NCBI RefSeq assembly: GCF_000485595.1
Contig: NW_014577078.1
Location: forward strand, 1,177,578 to 1,209,833
DNA from: Priapulus caudatus
Lineage: Eukaryota
Length of the DNA: 32,256 bases
Direction: 5' to 3'
Part shown: positions 1 through 10,490 of the stretch, one piece after another
Layout: every line of letters begins with the position of its first letter
How positions within the stretch are numbered: the stretch's first letter is position 1
The notes under the pieces: model-generated
The model's input: only the letters and a program-made list of their open reading frames with translations
What the model was told of the DNA's origin: nothing
Databases searched by the model: none
Program-made: the position numbers and the translations under genes

Positions 1-763
1 TATTTAGCAATGCAATAATTAGCTATGCTTGCTTGATTCATAAAGACCAACCCCTTGTCCCTGCTACATTAATGAGCCAAGCTAGAAGAATGTAGATATG
101 TACCGACCACTGACTCTTAATGCGTTCTGACAGTTTTGCAACCACTATTTCGTGACATTTGGAGCCATGGGAAAGTTCCATGTGTTTCTGTAACTCATTG
201 ATTATAGTTTGATGAAGGGGGTTAATGAAATTTGTGAGCACATGTAGTGTCCGTTTTGTGTATATGCAAGGATGCTGTGTGCATAGATGCTATATTATCT
301 TCATTGTGTATTGCAGGGAAAAGTGTTCAAGTGTATTTCGGTAATATCAGTTACTAGTGCCAGTTATTATCAGTATCTGTCTATACACGAAACAGAATAG
401 ACAGATAGATAGAACAACATATTATATGTTCCCATAGCTACAGCCTGCCCCTACTTTAGTATAGTAGAAGCATAGCCAAATATATGATGCTATGAGCCAT
501 GGTCGATGTCACGAGACAAGGGTAATGTAATTTAATGTAATGCATCTAATTTGTGTATGCGCGTGCATTCGTATTAATGTATGTACGGTTCTGTATATAT
601 TTTACTTCTTTATAACATCCTATCGCTTGACAAAAGCTAGTGTACACTGCATATAAACATTGTAAGCAAATCGAAACTGGCACTGACCGACACAAAGGTA
701 TCAGAGGTTGCCAGAACTGAGATGCTGGCCAACAAGAAATTTCAATTAAATAAATCGACTTAC

Positions 764-925
764 GTGGAATTGTAGTTCCATAACGAGTTGGGTCACTGTT
801 TATGAGACGGCTCTTGATGGTTCGTCGACCGACGCCCTGAGCACCAATAAGCACCAGGGTTTTGCGCTGAAACGGCGGCATGCGGGCAACCTCTTCATAC
901 AGCAGCAGTTCGTGTCTGTCCATGT
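764..925 (-). CDS. MPP6: p55 MAGUK exon: end of HOOK and start of guanylate-kinase-like domain (DMDRHELLLYEEVARMPPFQRKTLVLIGAQGVGRRTIKSRLINSDPTRYGTTIP); gene continues beyond the left edge
   Basis: Acceptor tacag|, donor |gtaagt, 162 nt, phase 1-1. The peptide matches the MPP6/MPP2 motif YEEVAxMPPFxRKTLVLIGAQGVGRR from recalled family sequence. Confidence 0.93.
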
Positions 926-1948
926 CTGTAACAAAATCAGACAAAAAACGTACAGGCACAAAATCTATCCTTGCTACAAGCTACATTCTACATGCTAGGA
1001 AAACACTACATTACCTACTTTTTTAATGTTCAATAATAACGTTTTATGAAATAGCATAATGTATTATTTAAATGTTTTATGATAAGTTATTTCTCTTGAC
1101 TAACGAAGGAGATATTAAAGCTCTCGTTATGTTAGTAAAAGCATTTAATAATACAAGAGAAGTTTTGCAGCTCTTGATTATTTTGTATCACAAATCACAG
1201 TTTTAAACCTAAGATAGGAGATGAACGACGTAAGACGTAAAGACGTAAAGACGTTTTCTTTCATTTTGCTGTGGCAAACCCATTGGTTTTGTTTATGCAC
1301 AAGCAGATTTTAGTGAGAAAACACTGGCAATCTGCAGAAATAAAACCTCATAACATGAAATAGGTTAAAAAGCACATGGCGTTGGGCAAACATATGCGGA
1401 CCGAGCTCCACTTCCCACACTACTTACCATGCATTTTTGAAATAGCTTCGGAATAACAAACCATCGTATTTGAGAACTATATTTACAAGATAATTATTGA
1501 ATTAGTTTTGAAAGATATTGGATAAAATAATGAATTTGTGTTCTTTTAAATGATTAAAATTATCATTAAATATTACAAAATCTTTGTCTCTAGTGTGCAC
1601 AAAGTCTATTGCATAACTTGACAACATCAACAACTACCTATCTGTAGTTTTTTAAATAAATTATTTATAAAAAAACACATCAAACAACAAAAATTGGCAT
1701 ATATAGCAAGAATAAAACAGATTTAACTGAAATAAATTTTAAAAGCTAGATTACAGGTCATCTTTAGGCAGTGCACTTTTTCATTATGACCAAATGAGAA
1801 AAAGTGAGAAAGTGATAGCATTGAACATACTGATGTGCATGACACTGTATGTCCATAGCGGACTATAATGGTGCCGTTTCACAAAAAGAGCTAGAGGTGG
1901 TTTATAAAGCCTGAATTAGATATACTGGCCTAGTGAACACACACATAC

Positions 1949-2014
1949 CTGACGTGTGGTGGTGATTGTAATAGACTTTCTTCTTTCTTTTTGACGTTGC
2001 AAGCGAACCAAATA
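1949..2014 (-). CDS. MPP6: p55 MAGUK HOOK exon, variant B (VFGSLATSKRKKKVYYNHHHTS)
   Basis: ttctag| acceptor, |gtatgt donor, 66 nt, phase 1-1. Lysine-rich HOOK motif paralogous to 2084-2146. Confidence 0.75.
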
Positions 2015-2083
2015 CTAGAATCAAAACAAAATGCATCAAAATAAGATGGGGGACATAACATTGGCCTGATATCAGTAACTTAC

Positions 2084-2146
2084 CCATTGTTCTGCTGTGA
2101 CTGTACAAGACTTTTTTCTTTCGTTTCGCCTTAATTGAACCACAGA
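2084..2146 (-). CDS. MPP6: p55 MAGUK HOOK exon, variant A (VCGSIKAKRKKKVLYSHSRTM)
   Basis: ttttccag| acceptor, |gtaagt donor, 63 nt, phase 1-1. Resembles the MPP6 CGTISSKKKKKMMY segment. Confidence 0.85.
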
Positions 2147-2331
2147 CTGGAAAACGCAAATCATGGCAAGTTATGCAAGTGCAGGTTTATCAAGAAATAA
2201 ACCTTTGTGAACCGGAATGAGTTGTGGCTTAAGCAGATATAACTAAACAACTATGGTGCTTAGTGAGTCAACCATATCGCATGAATGACCTAACCCATTG
2301 TTGCTGATGAGGATTTTTTGGCAACACTTAC

Positions 2332-2440
2332 CAACCGTCTTGGTGAAGTCAAGTTCAGGTTTGCAAAATGCTTTTCTGCTCTCCTCCAAATTGAGCGAAG
2401 GAATCAGCCCTGCTGCTTTGTCTTCTCCGACCTTTCTCGC
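2332..2440 (-). CDS. MPP6: p55 MAGUK exon: SH3 C-terminal half and HOOK start (ARKVGEDKAAGLIPSLNLEESRKAFCKPELDFTKTV)
   Basis: actag| acceptor, |gtaagt donor, 109 nt, phase 0-1. AGLIPS..LEE.RKAF motif. Confidence 0.92.
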
Positions 2441-3013
2441 CTAGTAAGTAGTGACGAGCGAATAAAGTTTTTCTCGGCAATATTATAGCATCACTTTAGC
2501 ATTGATGATACAGTGTACATAGGATTGGAGTGTTCTGCCCATAATTCTTAGTCTACATGACATTCCATACATAAATTAAGTCATTGCCCTGCATAACTCA
2601 CAGTGTTCAGTACTGTGTTTGTGTATGGCTAACCTCGACCCATTTAAAAGTGTAATAATAAAAAAAAATCATTAGTTACATGAAAAAAATTGTGTAATTA
2701 CTTAATTATCTCCATTGACTGTTATGAACAACACATAGCTCTAAACACGTACTACAGAACAGTACTTAGAGGTCATTACAAACCACTCTCAATTATCACT
2801 AAGCTGGATTATCATTGAACTAGCAGGTGCAATACTCTGTATATTCTCACAGGCATCTTTTAAATTTTCAACCATAGCCACGACATTATGTTCCCTTTGT
2901 TCTCCAATTTTCAGACCAACTGTATGGCAACTATGCAAAGGTTTTGCTCCTTAGAACCTATAGGACACATAGACCAAATCAGATCAGTCACACAGCACAC
3001 CCGGAAAACCCAC

Positions 3014-3145
3014 CTGCCACCAGTTGGGATCTTCCTGATTGACAATCTCCAGGATATCACCTTTGTGGAAAAAAAGACCTGCTTCCTTGCAAGGAATCAG
3101 TGTATCTTTGGAAGGATCATAGGAAAAGTGCACCTTCATAAAAAC
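3014..3145 (-). CDS. MPP6: p55 MAGUK exon: SH3 domain ([44 protein letters not shown])
   Basis: ttgcag| acceptor, cag|gtggg donor, 132 nt, phase 0-0. IPCKEAGL and DPNWWQ are diagnostic of the MPP SH3. Confidence 0.95.
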
Positions 3146-3476
3146 CTGCAATAAATACACTCACTGTTAACTGTCATTTGCACTGTTTGCATTAGTGAAT
3201 ATCAGCATGTTGATATAAATAATTGAAAATGCACAACACTACTACAGTAATACAAAGGAAAAACGGTCACATAGGAAATACAAAAGAAAAACAATAAATA
3301 ACACATACAGGACAACAAGGGGACACAGCAACACTTGAACACACAGGTAGTTTTCTATACACCACTAACTGTTCTAGCTATGAACTGCTCAAACAATTTA
3401 CTGCCAACTGGAAAAGACACCATGTTGACAATGTAAAATAGTCTACGATAACTCCCGCCTCAATGATTCAAAGTAC

Positions 3477-3625
3477 CTGTGCCGTTGGCAGGGAATCAGT
3501 GTAGCTGGGAATGATCTTCAGTGTAATACTACCAACGGCCTTCTTCATGTGCAACTGCAACTCTTCCGGTGTCCTCACTTCAATGCCATTCACCTCCTTG
3601 ATGATATCGCCGACGTGTAACAAAC
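3477..3625 (-). CDS. MPP6: p55 MAGUK exon: PDZ C-terminal part (GLLHVGDIIKEVNGIEVRTPEELQLHMKKAVGSITLKIIPSYTDSLPTAQ)
   Basis: cacag| acceptor, cag|gtact donor, 149 nt, phase 1-0. GLLHVGDIIKEVNG PDZ motif. Confidence 0.95.
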
Positions 3626-4254
3626 CTGTGGCCACGACACACATAAAAAAGTTCCAGCATTAAATGTTGCGTTCCCCACTGCTCGTGAATATGCTACTTG
3701 CACCATTCCTCTTCGTTGTTGTTTTTAGATAATCAACACAAATCCATGATAGATTGGATGGTTTTATATGGTTGCAAATGCCAATGTCACAGTTGTTGCA
3801 TTGTGTTCATGCACAAAAGTCCAGCATTAAAATGCATGAACAACTTTCAGTTAAAGTTATGGTTTTACGACAATTTGGTACACCAATCCAAAATCTTTGC
3901 ATGTGAGATATAATGCGTGAAAAAGTGTGTTGGGATAACAAACTGTGTTTGGATAAATCGAGTAATACAGATGCTGAATTACAGCAAACGAGCATATATG
4001 GATTTTAAAATGCATGGTAATCCTAACGTCCATGATGATTCAGGCCCTCTAAATATCATATTGCTTGTTGCCATAGCCTGGCAATATCTGAATGAATTTT
4101 TGATTACCTACCAAATTACTTTTATGTACGTTTTCTGTTAGAATGCTATTTTATGGGTGACTGCAACGACAAGCTGCTAATGCATGCTACATCACTACGA
4201 ATGCGACATCTAGCAATCTTTGGTGAACTACCACATCCCTACGAGAAGCATTAC

Positions 4255-4348
4255 CCTGCCGATCAATCATGCCTCCTTGCAGGATACGGGCGATTGACAA
4301 ATCTCCATCTTCTGTGGCAATCGTAATACCAAGGGGCTCCCCCTCCAC
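4255..4348 (-). CDS. MPP6: p55 MAGUK exon: PDZ N-terminal part (VEGEPLGITIATEDGDLSIARILQGGMIDRQ)
   Basis: ttcag| acceptor, |gtaat donor, 94 nt, phase 0-1. GEPLG and IARIL.GGMIDRQ motifs. Confidence 0.94.
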
Positions 4349-4703
4349 CTGAACAGATGCATAAAAACAACAGTCAGCAACTTAGCAACACACAGATCAA
4401 TGTAATAGGTTCAAACAATGTAAGAGAAACACCAATATGCACACAAAGAAGTACAGTCATATGTAACAAATATTCTTAACCTTCTGGATGAGACACAAGG
4501 AACATCACTTTCATACCGGTTCCCCCGACATATTAATCACCTGCAAAGCATACCCGGTTCATTTTTCACACACATGCACTTTCAAAGAAACATTATGCTA
4601 CCAAGAACTATGCACAGTAACACTCTCCAAGCCTATAACAAAGGAATCATATTACATCAAATGTGTTCTAATCACGTATTTCTTGGCGAAAGGTATTCCT
4701 TAC

Positions 4704-4842
4704 CTTTCTGATGCCGACCATGCGTATGGCATCGGGTGGGGGAGCTGTGTAAACGGGTGGTGCCATTCTACTAGCTATCTTTGGCGATGGCAATTTATCG
4801 AATTTTTTCTGTGCTATCGTGTCGTGTGCCTCAATAATGGCC
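4704..4842 (-). CDS. MPP6: p55 MAGUK exon: end of second L27, linker and PDZ start (AIIEAHDTIAQKKFDKLPSPKIASRMAPPVYTAPPPDAIRMVGIRK)
   Basis: tttag| acceptor, aag|gtaag donor, 139 nt, phase 2-0. EAHD.IA and DAIRMVGIRK are family motifs. Confidence 0.92.
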
Positions 4843-5374
4843 CTAAATTTGGAAAGACATAAATCATACTACTGCAGAAGCAGCAATAAAATGCTAGCAC
4901 AATCAATGACATGTGAATCTTCTAGCCTAATGAATTGTATGCATGGAATAGCTTTTCAGAGACAGGCCATTTACTTGCAGAACTTACATGGCATAATGAA
5001 AAGCCTTTCAATTTGAACATGGGCACTGGAATAACTACCAAGACATACGTACAGAGAATAAGAACTAGTCAAAAAATCTCTGGTTGCCATAACAGTGCTT
5101 CATATGTCATAACCTTTACGTTGGTGGGTAGGAATGCAAAAAAAATTCCACACATAGAAACTGTTTTCTTCCTCTTTTACGTTTAATAGTTGAGAGTGAA
5201 AATGGGTATAGGACCTAAAGGTGTCATTCTTAGAGTAGGTGAAACCAAAATTGTCAATTTTCAGTGCCCACGAGTTCATTTTCAATCAGTATATATATAC
5301 AAACCATTGGTAACTGTAAATGAAAAAATAGAAAATTTTGAGTTGGTAACACTTTTACCAGGTCAAGCAACTTA

Positions 5375-5566
5375 AGCTGGGTTTACACTACTGACTTTAT
5401 GTTGTCAAATTGGTGAATTGGACCAACTTCCTAACTATACAACCGATAATCGGCACTGTAAATGCAAAAGTCACGCGAGCAACTGTTCAACAGCAACTAG
5501 TTGGGAGATTAGAACATGTTCTATTTTCGCCAATTTGACAACAAAGTCGGTAGAGTAAACCCAGCT
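5375..5566. mobile_element. PIF/Harbinger-like MITE
   Basis: About 40-bp imperfect TIRs (AGCTGGGTTTACACTAC.../...GTAGAGTAAACCCAGCT) with a TTA duplication on both sides. Internal AGAACATGTTCT palindrome. Confidence 0.8.
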
Positions 5567-5616
5567 TTACAGAGAGCAGACAATTTTCCTGACCAACCTG
5601 AAAATGCGACACTTAC

Positions 5617-5777
5617 TTGACGTGAGGCTTCCGGAGGATAGTCGACAACTCTGACGCCTTTGTGTTCGAGTACTTGTGTGGAGCCAAATCAGTGAAGATC
5701 TGCTGTATAAGCTCTGTGCTGTTTTCTCCTCCTAGTACGGGCTTTAGGGGTTCTTCTGCATCCAATTTGTCATGTGC
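5617..5777 (-). CDS. MPP6: p55 MAGUK exon: L27 domains (AHDKLDAEEPLKPVLGGENSTELIQQIFTDLAPHKYSNTKASELSTILRKPHVK)
   Basis: atgcag| acceptor, |gtaagt donor, 161 nt, phase 0-2. EL..IL..PH L27 motif. Confidence 0.9.
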
Positions 5778-6170
5778 CTGCATGTGTATTCACGACTCAC
5801 ATTATTTATATAACCAACCTTGCCCCTGTGAAAAAGGACGTGTTAGGTGATACAGTACTAGGAGTGGGGGAATGTTCCACCAGAATTCTTATGAAAAAAT
5901 TATTTGTCTTGGTGTGTTTTAAGATATTTTGAATATATATACTATATCAAATACCAGTACTCCAGTTTGCATATATATGGTAGAAATTCTAACCACGTAG
6001 TATCAGTCTTTTAATAATTATTATACCCAAACTTTCACATTCATTGAGATATTTATGTAATCTTACGTCTTATATAGTAACTGTTTGAAAATTTGAACTT
6101 TAAAAAAATAATTCTGTGTAATATATACATGGTATGTGACACATATCAGAATAATTTCAGCATTCAGTAA

Positions 6171-7152
6171 CAGGGGTAGAAATTAACTTTTGAACAAGGG
6201 AGTCCAACGGACTCCCTACCCTCAAAAAGAGGGAGTCCGCAGCAAAATGAGGGAGTCCGCAGTCTGAGGTTCAAAATTAAAGATATTAAAGGGAGAGTTT
6301 ACTCTAGGTTCTAGGGTTATTTTGAGCTAATTTAGGTTATAATTACGCTACATAAAAAGTTTCATGATTCAATCACCATTAGAAATATTTAAAAAAATGT
6401 TTTAAAACTAACGACTACAGGTTTGATCTACAACGATTGGGTTGGCGCCACTCAAAGCGACGATATTGCATAAGTTTGCGCAAACCACTTTCCAGCAAGG
6501 CTACAGACGAGCCGTGTTTCTTATTTATTCATTTAAAAAGCAAAAGGATTTGTATATATCTTACATATAAGTGTACGACATATAGTTTCAGTTATATTGG
6601 ATAAATTTGTCCGCCCTAAAATGAATATCGGTTTTCAGTTAAATAGCATTAGGATATAAATATAATTGCACGTTTGTATTAGCCCTCAGTTTCTGCTAAC
6701 GTGCCACAAATAAATTGTTCAACTACGCAAACTTTTCGGGGGTGGCAGCACGGTCGCGGGTGTCATGGCGCCGTTCAAATTTCGTAGCGTTGATGTGTAA
6801 TTAATTATAACAATAAAATTAGGTATCTGGTAACAAATACGTGTGGGTATAAACGATTTGTTATACAGTAAGTACAGTTGTATGCAGTAAAATCCTAGAG
6901 GCTACTGTCCCTTTAACATTAACGCATGTGCTTATTTTTAAGATTCATGCAGTTACACGCCTGCCAAATTTTCTTTGGACATTAGCTAAAAAAAATACAG
7001 TAATTCCGCGAGGCCGTGCTCCGGAACAAACTAGTTACTAGTATGGCAGAATTTTCAGGGAGTCACACGGACTCCTGCATATGTCAAATCAGGGAGTCCA
7101 ACAGTAAATCAGGGAGTATTTGACTCCGGACTCCCGTTAATTTCGCACCCTG
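6171..7152. mobile_element. Non-autonomous hAT-like DNA transposon with 6-bp TSD; hosts a nested Kolobok-like element
   Basis: CAGGGGTAGAAATTAAC / GTTAATTTCGCACCCTG termini, subterminal GGGAGTCC repeats at both ends, TSD CAGTAA at 6165-6170 and 7153-7158. Confidence 0.8.
6290..6912. mobile_element. Non-autonomous TTAA-specific (Kolobok-like) transposon, copy 1
   Basis: TTAA on both sides and AG...CT termini with about 19-bp imperfect TIRs (AGGGAGAGTTTACTCTAGG / CCTAGAGGCTACTGTCCCT). A second copy lies at 12668-13267. Confidence 0.85.
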
Positions 7153-7591
7153 CAGTAAAATGTATCCCTGGAATGAAATAGTGATAGCTGTCCAAGGAAA
7201 TTCATTACTCCAAGACACTCAGGGCCAATAAGGCAACGTAAGCAGAGAGGAGCACCATAGCATAGCAATAGCACTGCAAGTAATTAAATTAATTTAAGTA
7301 GTAAATACGGTTCTGCATTTACTGCGAGCACTGGGAGGCAAGTTTGTACGGCAATTCCTCTTTTCGTTTTCCGTGATTGTACCAACGAGTTTTTTGCCAG
7401 CTAACTCCGAGAAACCACACAGTCATGCAACCACGCGACATAGAATTCACATACTTAGAAGGATTTTAACATACATATAACTAGTACATATACACGTACA
7501 TGAACTATTCATTTTGAACAACTCTGAGTAATTACTGCACCATTATATATATATATATATACATGTATGTATATCTAGCCTATAAATATAC

Positions 7592-7713
7592 CTTGATCAG
7601 ATTTTTCATAGCAGGACTATCAAGCAGGGATTGCAGAAAGACGAGGTCTTTGTGTTGTGCTGTGACATGGTTTATATCTGTGTTCGGTGATTTGATAAAC
7701 TGGTCACTGACAA
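7592..7713 (-). CDS. MPP6: p55 MAGUK exon: first L27 domain (xVSDQFIKSPNTDINHVTAQHKDLVFLQSLLDSPAMKNLIK)
   Basis: ttccag| acceptor after a pyrimidine tract, aag|gtata donor, 122 nt, phase 1-0. DLxFL..L..P....L.K followed by AH in the next exon is the L27N pattern. Confidence 0.85.
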
Positions 7714-8069
7714 CTGGAAGCAAAGAAACAGAAGAGTCAGATATATGCACACGTACACATGTATGGTGCACAATGGTACACATTAATATCCATCTAGTTC
7801 ACGTCCCTCGAAGCTGACCTGGAAAGTGTAAGTAAAAACTGAAATATAATTTTTAGCACTTATTATCCCTTATGCTATGAATTTTAGCTTGTGATTGTTC
7901 TTGGGGAATGTAAAATTATTTCAGTTGAGAGATGACAAATGCCACATAGTAAGAGGGTTCATTTCAGCTAGTAGGCCCTAACAGTTATTTTAAGGACCAA
8001 TGAATATTAACACAATCCATATTACCACATTCAAGATTTGTAAATATGATATACAAACTGATGCTCATA

Positions 8070-8375
8070 AGGGTCTATGTCCCCCAGGGTACTGCCGGAA
8101 CGTACCCTGGTAACTATCTAGCTGATATGGTTAGGGTTAGGGTTAGGGTTAGGGTTAGGGTTAGGGTTAGGGTTAGGGTTAGGGTTAGGGTTAGGGTTAG
8201 GGTTAGGGTTAGGGTCCGGCATATTAGATAAGTACTAAATACTAAAACCCTAACCCTGGTACTAAATACTACGGTCCGGCATATTAGATAGTAGTATTTA
8301 GTACCAGGGTACGTTCCGGTATACCGGACCGTACCCAGGGTACGTTCGGGCAGTACTCTGGGGGACATAGACTCT
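8070..8375. mobile_element. TIR element (MITE-like) with telomeric-repeat core, copy 1
   Basis: 41-bp TIRs AGGGTCTATGTCCCCCAGGGTACTGCCGGAACGTACCCTGG (3 mismatches) and internal (TTAGGG)14. Homologous copy at 22995-23260. No clear TSD. Confidence 0.85.
8131..8214 (+). repeat. Interstitial telomeric repeat (TTAGGG)14
   Basis: 14 perfect units read directly. Confidence 0.97.
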
Positions 8376-8395
8376 CTCAGCCAAACTGATCTCCG

Positions 8396-8751
8396 CAGGG
8401 GTTAGAAATGAATTTTTGACTAGGAATATCCAGGTCACCAAAAAGAAATTTATTATCTGACGTTTCAAATTAATGATACCAATATTACAACAATTTAATG
8501 CACGAACAATAAACTAAAATGTACTATGTACTTAAATTATTGTATTAGCTGCTATACAGTAGGCCTACTGCAGAATAAGATTAAAAAATACTAAAAGCAA
8601 TATTATTTTCAGTGTTTTGGGGGTGTTTTGGTTAAATGTACGCTAGCAAAATTGTCAGAAGTAGCGCAGGCTTCTGCTGCTGTAAAACCAGAAAGTCAGA
8701 CAGTGAAAAATGGAATATTTGACTTGAAACTAAGAGTTAATTTGACCCCTG
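8396..8751. mobile_element. Degenerate hAT-like MITE related at its termini to 6171-7152
   Basis: CAGGGGTTAGAAATGAA / GTTAATTTGACCCCTG termini. No recognisable TSD. Confidence 0.5.
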
Positions 8752-9208
8752 CTAAGGCTTGAGGCACTGCACTCTCCCACGGCACACAAACCTATATTTA
8801 ATTTACAACACTAGACTTGTCTACATCTGTGACGATGTCACTTAACCAACCATACAGGTTGCTATATTATATATTATACAGCTATCTATGCTATATTATA
8901 CAGGAGCACACAGTCACTAGTATACTGCAAAACATCATCATACTGAACAATATCACCTCACTGAGGTCAATGACCTATAGACAAGTATGGTCCATAATAT
9001 TGTCAACAGCTCTAGGATTGAGTGTACAATGACTCCTACTAGCTATTCTTCCCATTTTGGGCAGGTTAACCCATCTTCAATACAAGATGAGAGAATGAAG
9101 AGCTCCTCATAATTTTTCGCATTTACAGGTTTACCACTGCCACTCCAGTAGAAGTGTACCCGTAGAGTACACGGTAAATATAATATATATATAAGTATCT
9201 GGTTCTAC

Positions 9209-9254
9209 CAACATCAGAGGTGGTGACACTGGTGGAACATCTATTGCCAGACAT
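9209..9254 (-). CDS. Candidate start-codon exon of a short MAGUK isoform (MSGNRCSTSVTTSDV)
   Basis: Acceptor cctacag| with the exon starting at 9265, ATG at 9254, and a weak phase-1 donor |gtagaa compatible with exon 7592-7713. No homology support. Confidence 0.35.
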
Positions 9255-9653
9255 TCGGTGTCAACCTGTAGGACCTTTAGTAGTTTTGATATATCACAAA
9301 GTACAGTAGGTATCTATACCCACAGAATATTACCCAGGAGAAATTATAAATACTAATAACATACAATAATAATTGTATGATACACATACACACACTCATA
9401 GTATAAGGTAACAAGTACATAAGTATACAATATTAACTGCCGTGTCATGTTGTGGGAAGGTGCCAATACCAATCAATATATACACTCATTTTTTACGTGT
9501 TTCCCTAAATTGACATTTCAAATCGCAGGCTACACGAACACTCAGAGATCGGCGCAGTAAAATAATACATTTCCTATAAATTCATATACAGTAATATAAC
9601 AGTGAAACAGCAAATACTAGCATATGAAACACTCGACCTAAACAATCTCTCAC

Positions 9654-10030
9654 CATTTATAGAATAAAGGAATGTCCACGTCACGACCAACACTGGCAAC
9701 AGACGCGTTTTCGTGCGTCAATCAAAGAATCAAATCGTGCGTCAATCAAGAAGAAACGCCAATATGGAACCTTGGTCACTTTATCTGTACGTACGCTAAC
9801 AAGGAAGCCGGTGAACACGTATCTCGACTCATGAAATACGGCAGCTAGGACAATTATGTCATCTGTCCTCCAACCTACTACACCGCCAGCGACCACTGCA
9901 TGACAGCTAGAGCTCTCCACTATTCCTACACTTACAAAGCGCAATTGATTTTTCAGCCATGTCTTTAATCAGCATGCACCCCGACTACTCCATTTTGGGC
10001 CTCGCGCAACTGCGCATGCTGCTGCTAGTG
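9654..10030 (-). promoter_or_regulatory. Probable proximal promoter and first (5' UTR) exon of the MAGUK gene
   Basis: Strong donor atg|gtgaga at 9654/9653 and a CpG-richer block. Clustered GACTACTCC, CCATTTTG (YY1-like) and TGCGCATGCT (NRF1-like) motifs at about 9983-10020. Confidence 0.45.
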
Positions 10031-10451
10031 CTAGTCGATCGTGGCACAACTCTCTCTCTAGCTATGTTACGTAGTTTAGAGTAGAGATGTGATGTATATA
10101 TAATAATACATTCATATATATATTCATATATAATAATACATATAATATACATTCATATGTAAATGCTAGAAATATCTCTTCGTATGAAGAGCATTTTATT
10201 AAAGAAATCAACCCACACCATACAACTCAATGGCTAGAACATATTATAGAATATAAAGATAGAATAACGCAATGTTTAGCAAGCATATATATTACTTGCT
10301 TGCGCAACACTTGCTTGTGTAATAACCATGCCTCAATGAATTAATTTACGCCTGTACAGTCAACATACGCGTAGAAATAAAAATAAAACAACAGAACATA
10401 TGCTGAATATATTTGGTATATTGATATATATACAACACATGCAACATATAT

Positions 10452-10490
10452 CAGGAGTAGATAATAGGGGATCCCTATTATCTACTCCTG
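10452..10490. mobile_element. 39-bp hairpin-only derivative of the CAGGAG foldback family
   Basis: CAGGAGTAGATAATAGGG-gat-CCCTATTATCTACTCCTG, identical to the termini of 21974-22739, with 8-bp direct repeat ACATATAT on both sides. Confidence 0.85.

Noticed and set aside
8131..8214. True chromosome end or telomere fusion site
   Set aside because: The array is short, enclosed by TIRs, inside an intron, and flanked by continuous gene structure.
8046..8368. ORFs with VRVRVR / LTLTLT runs (also 22884-23340)
   Set aside because: They are translations of the TTAGGG/CCCTAA arrays inside a TIR element.
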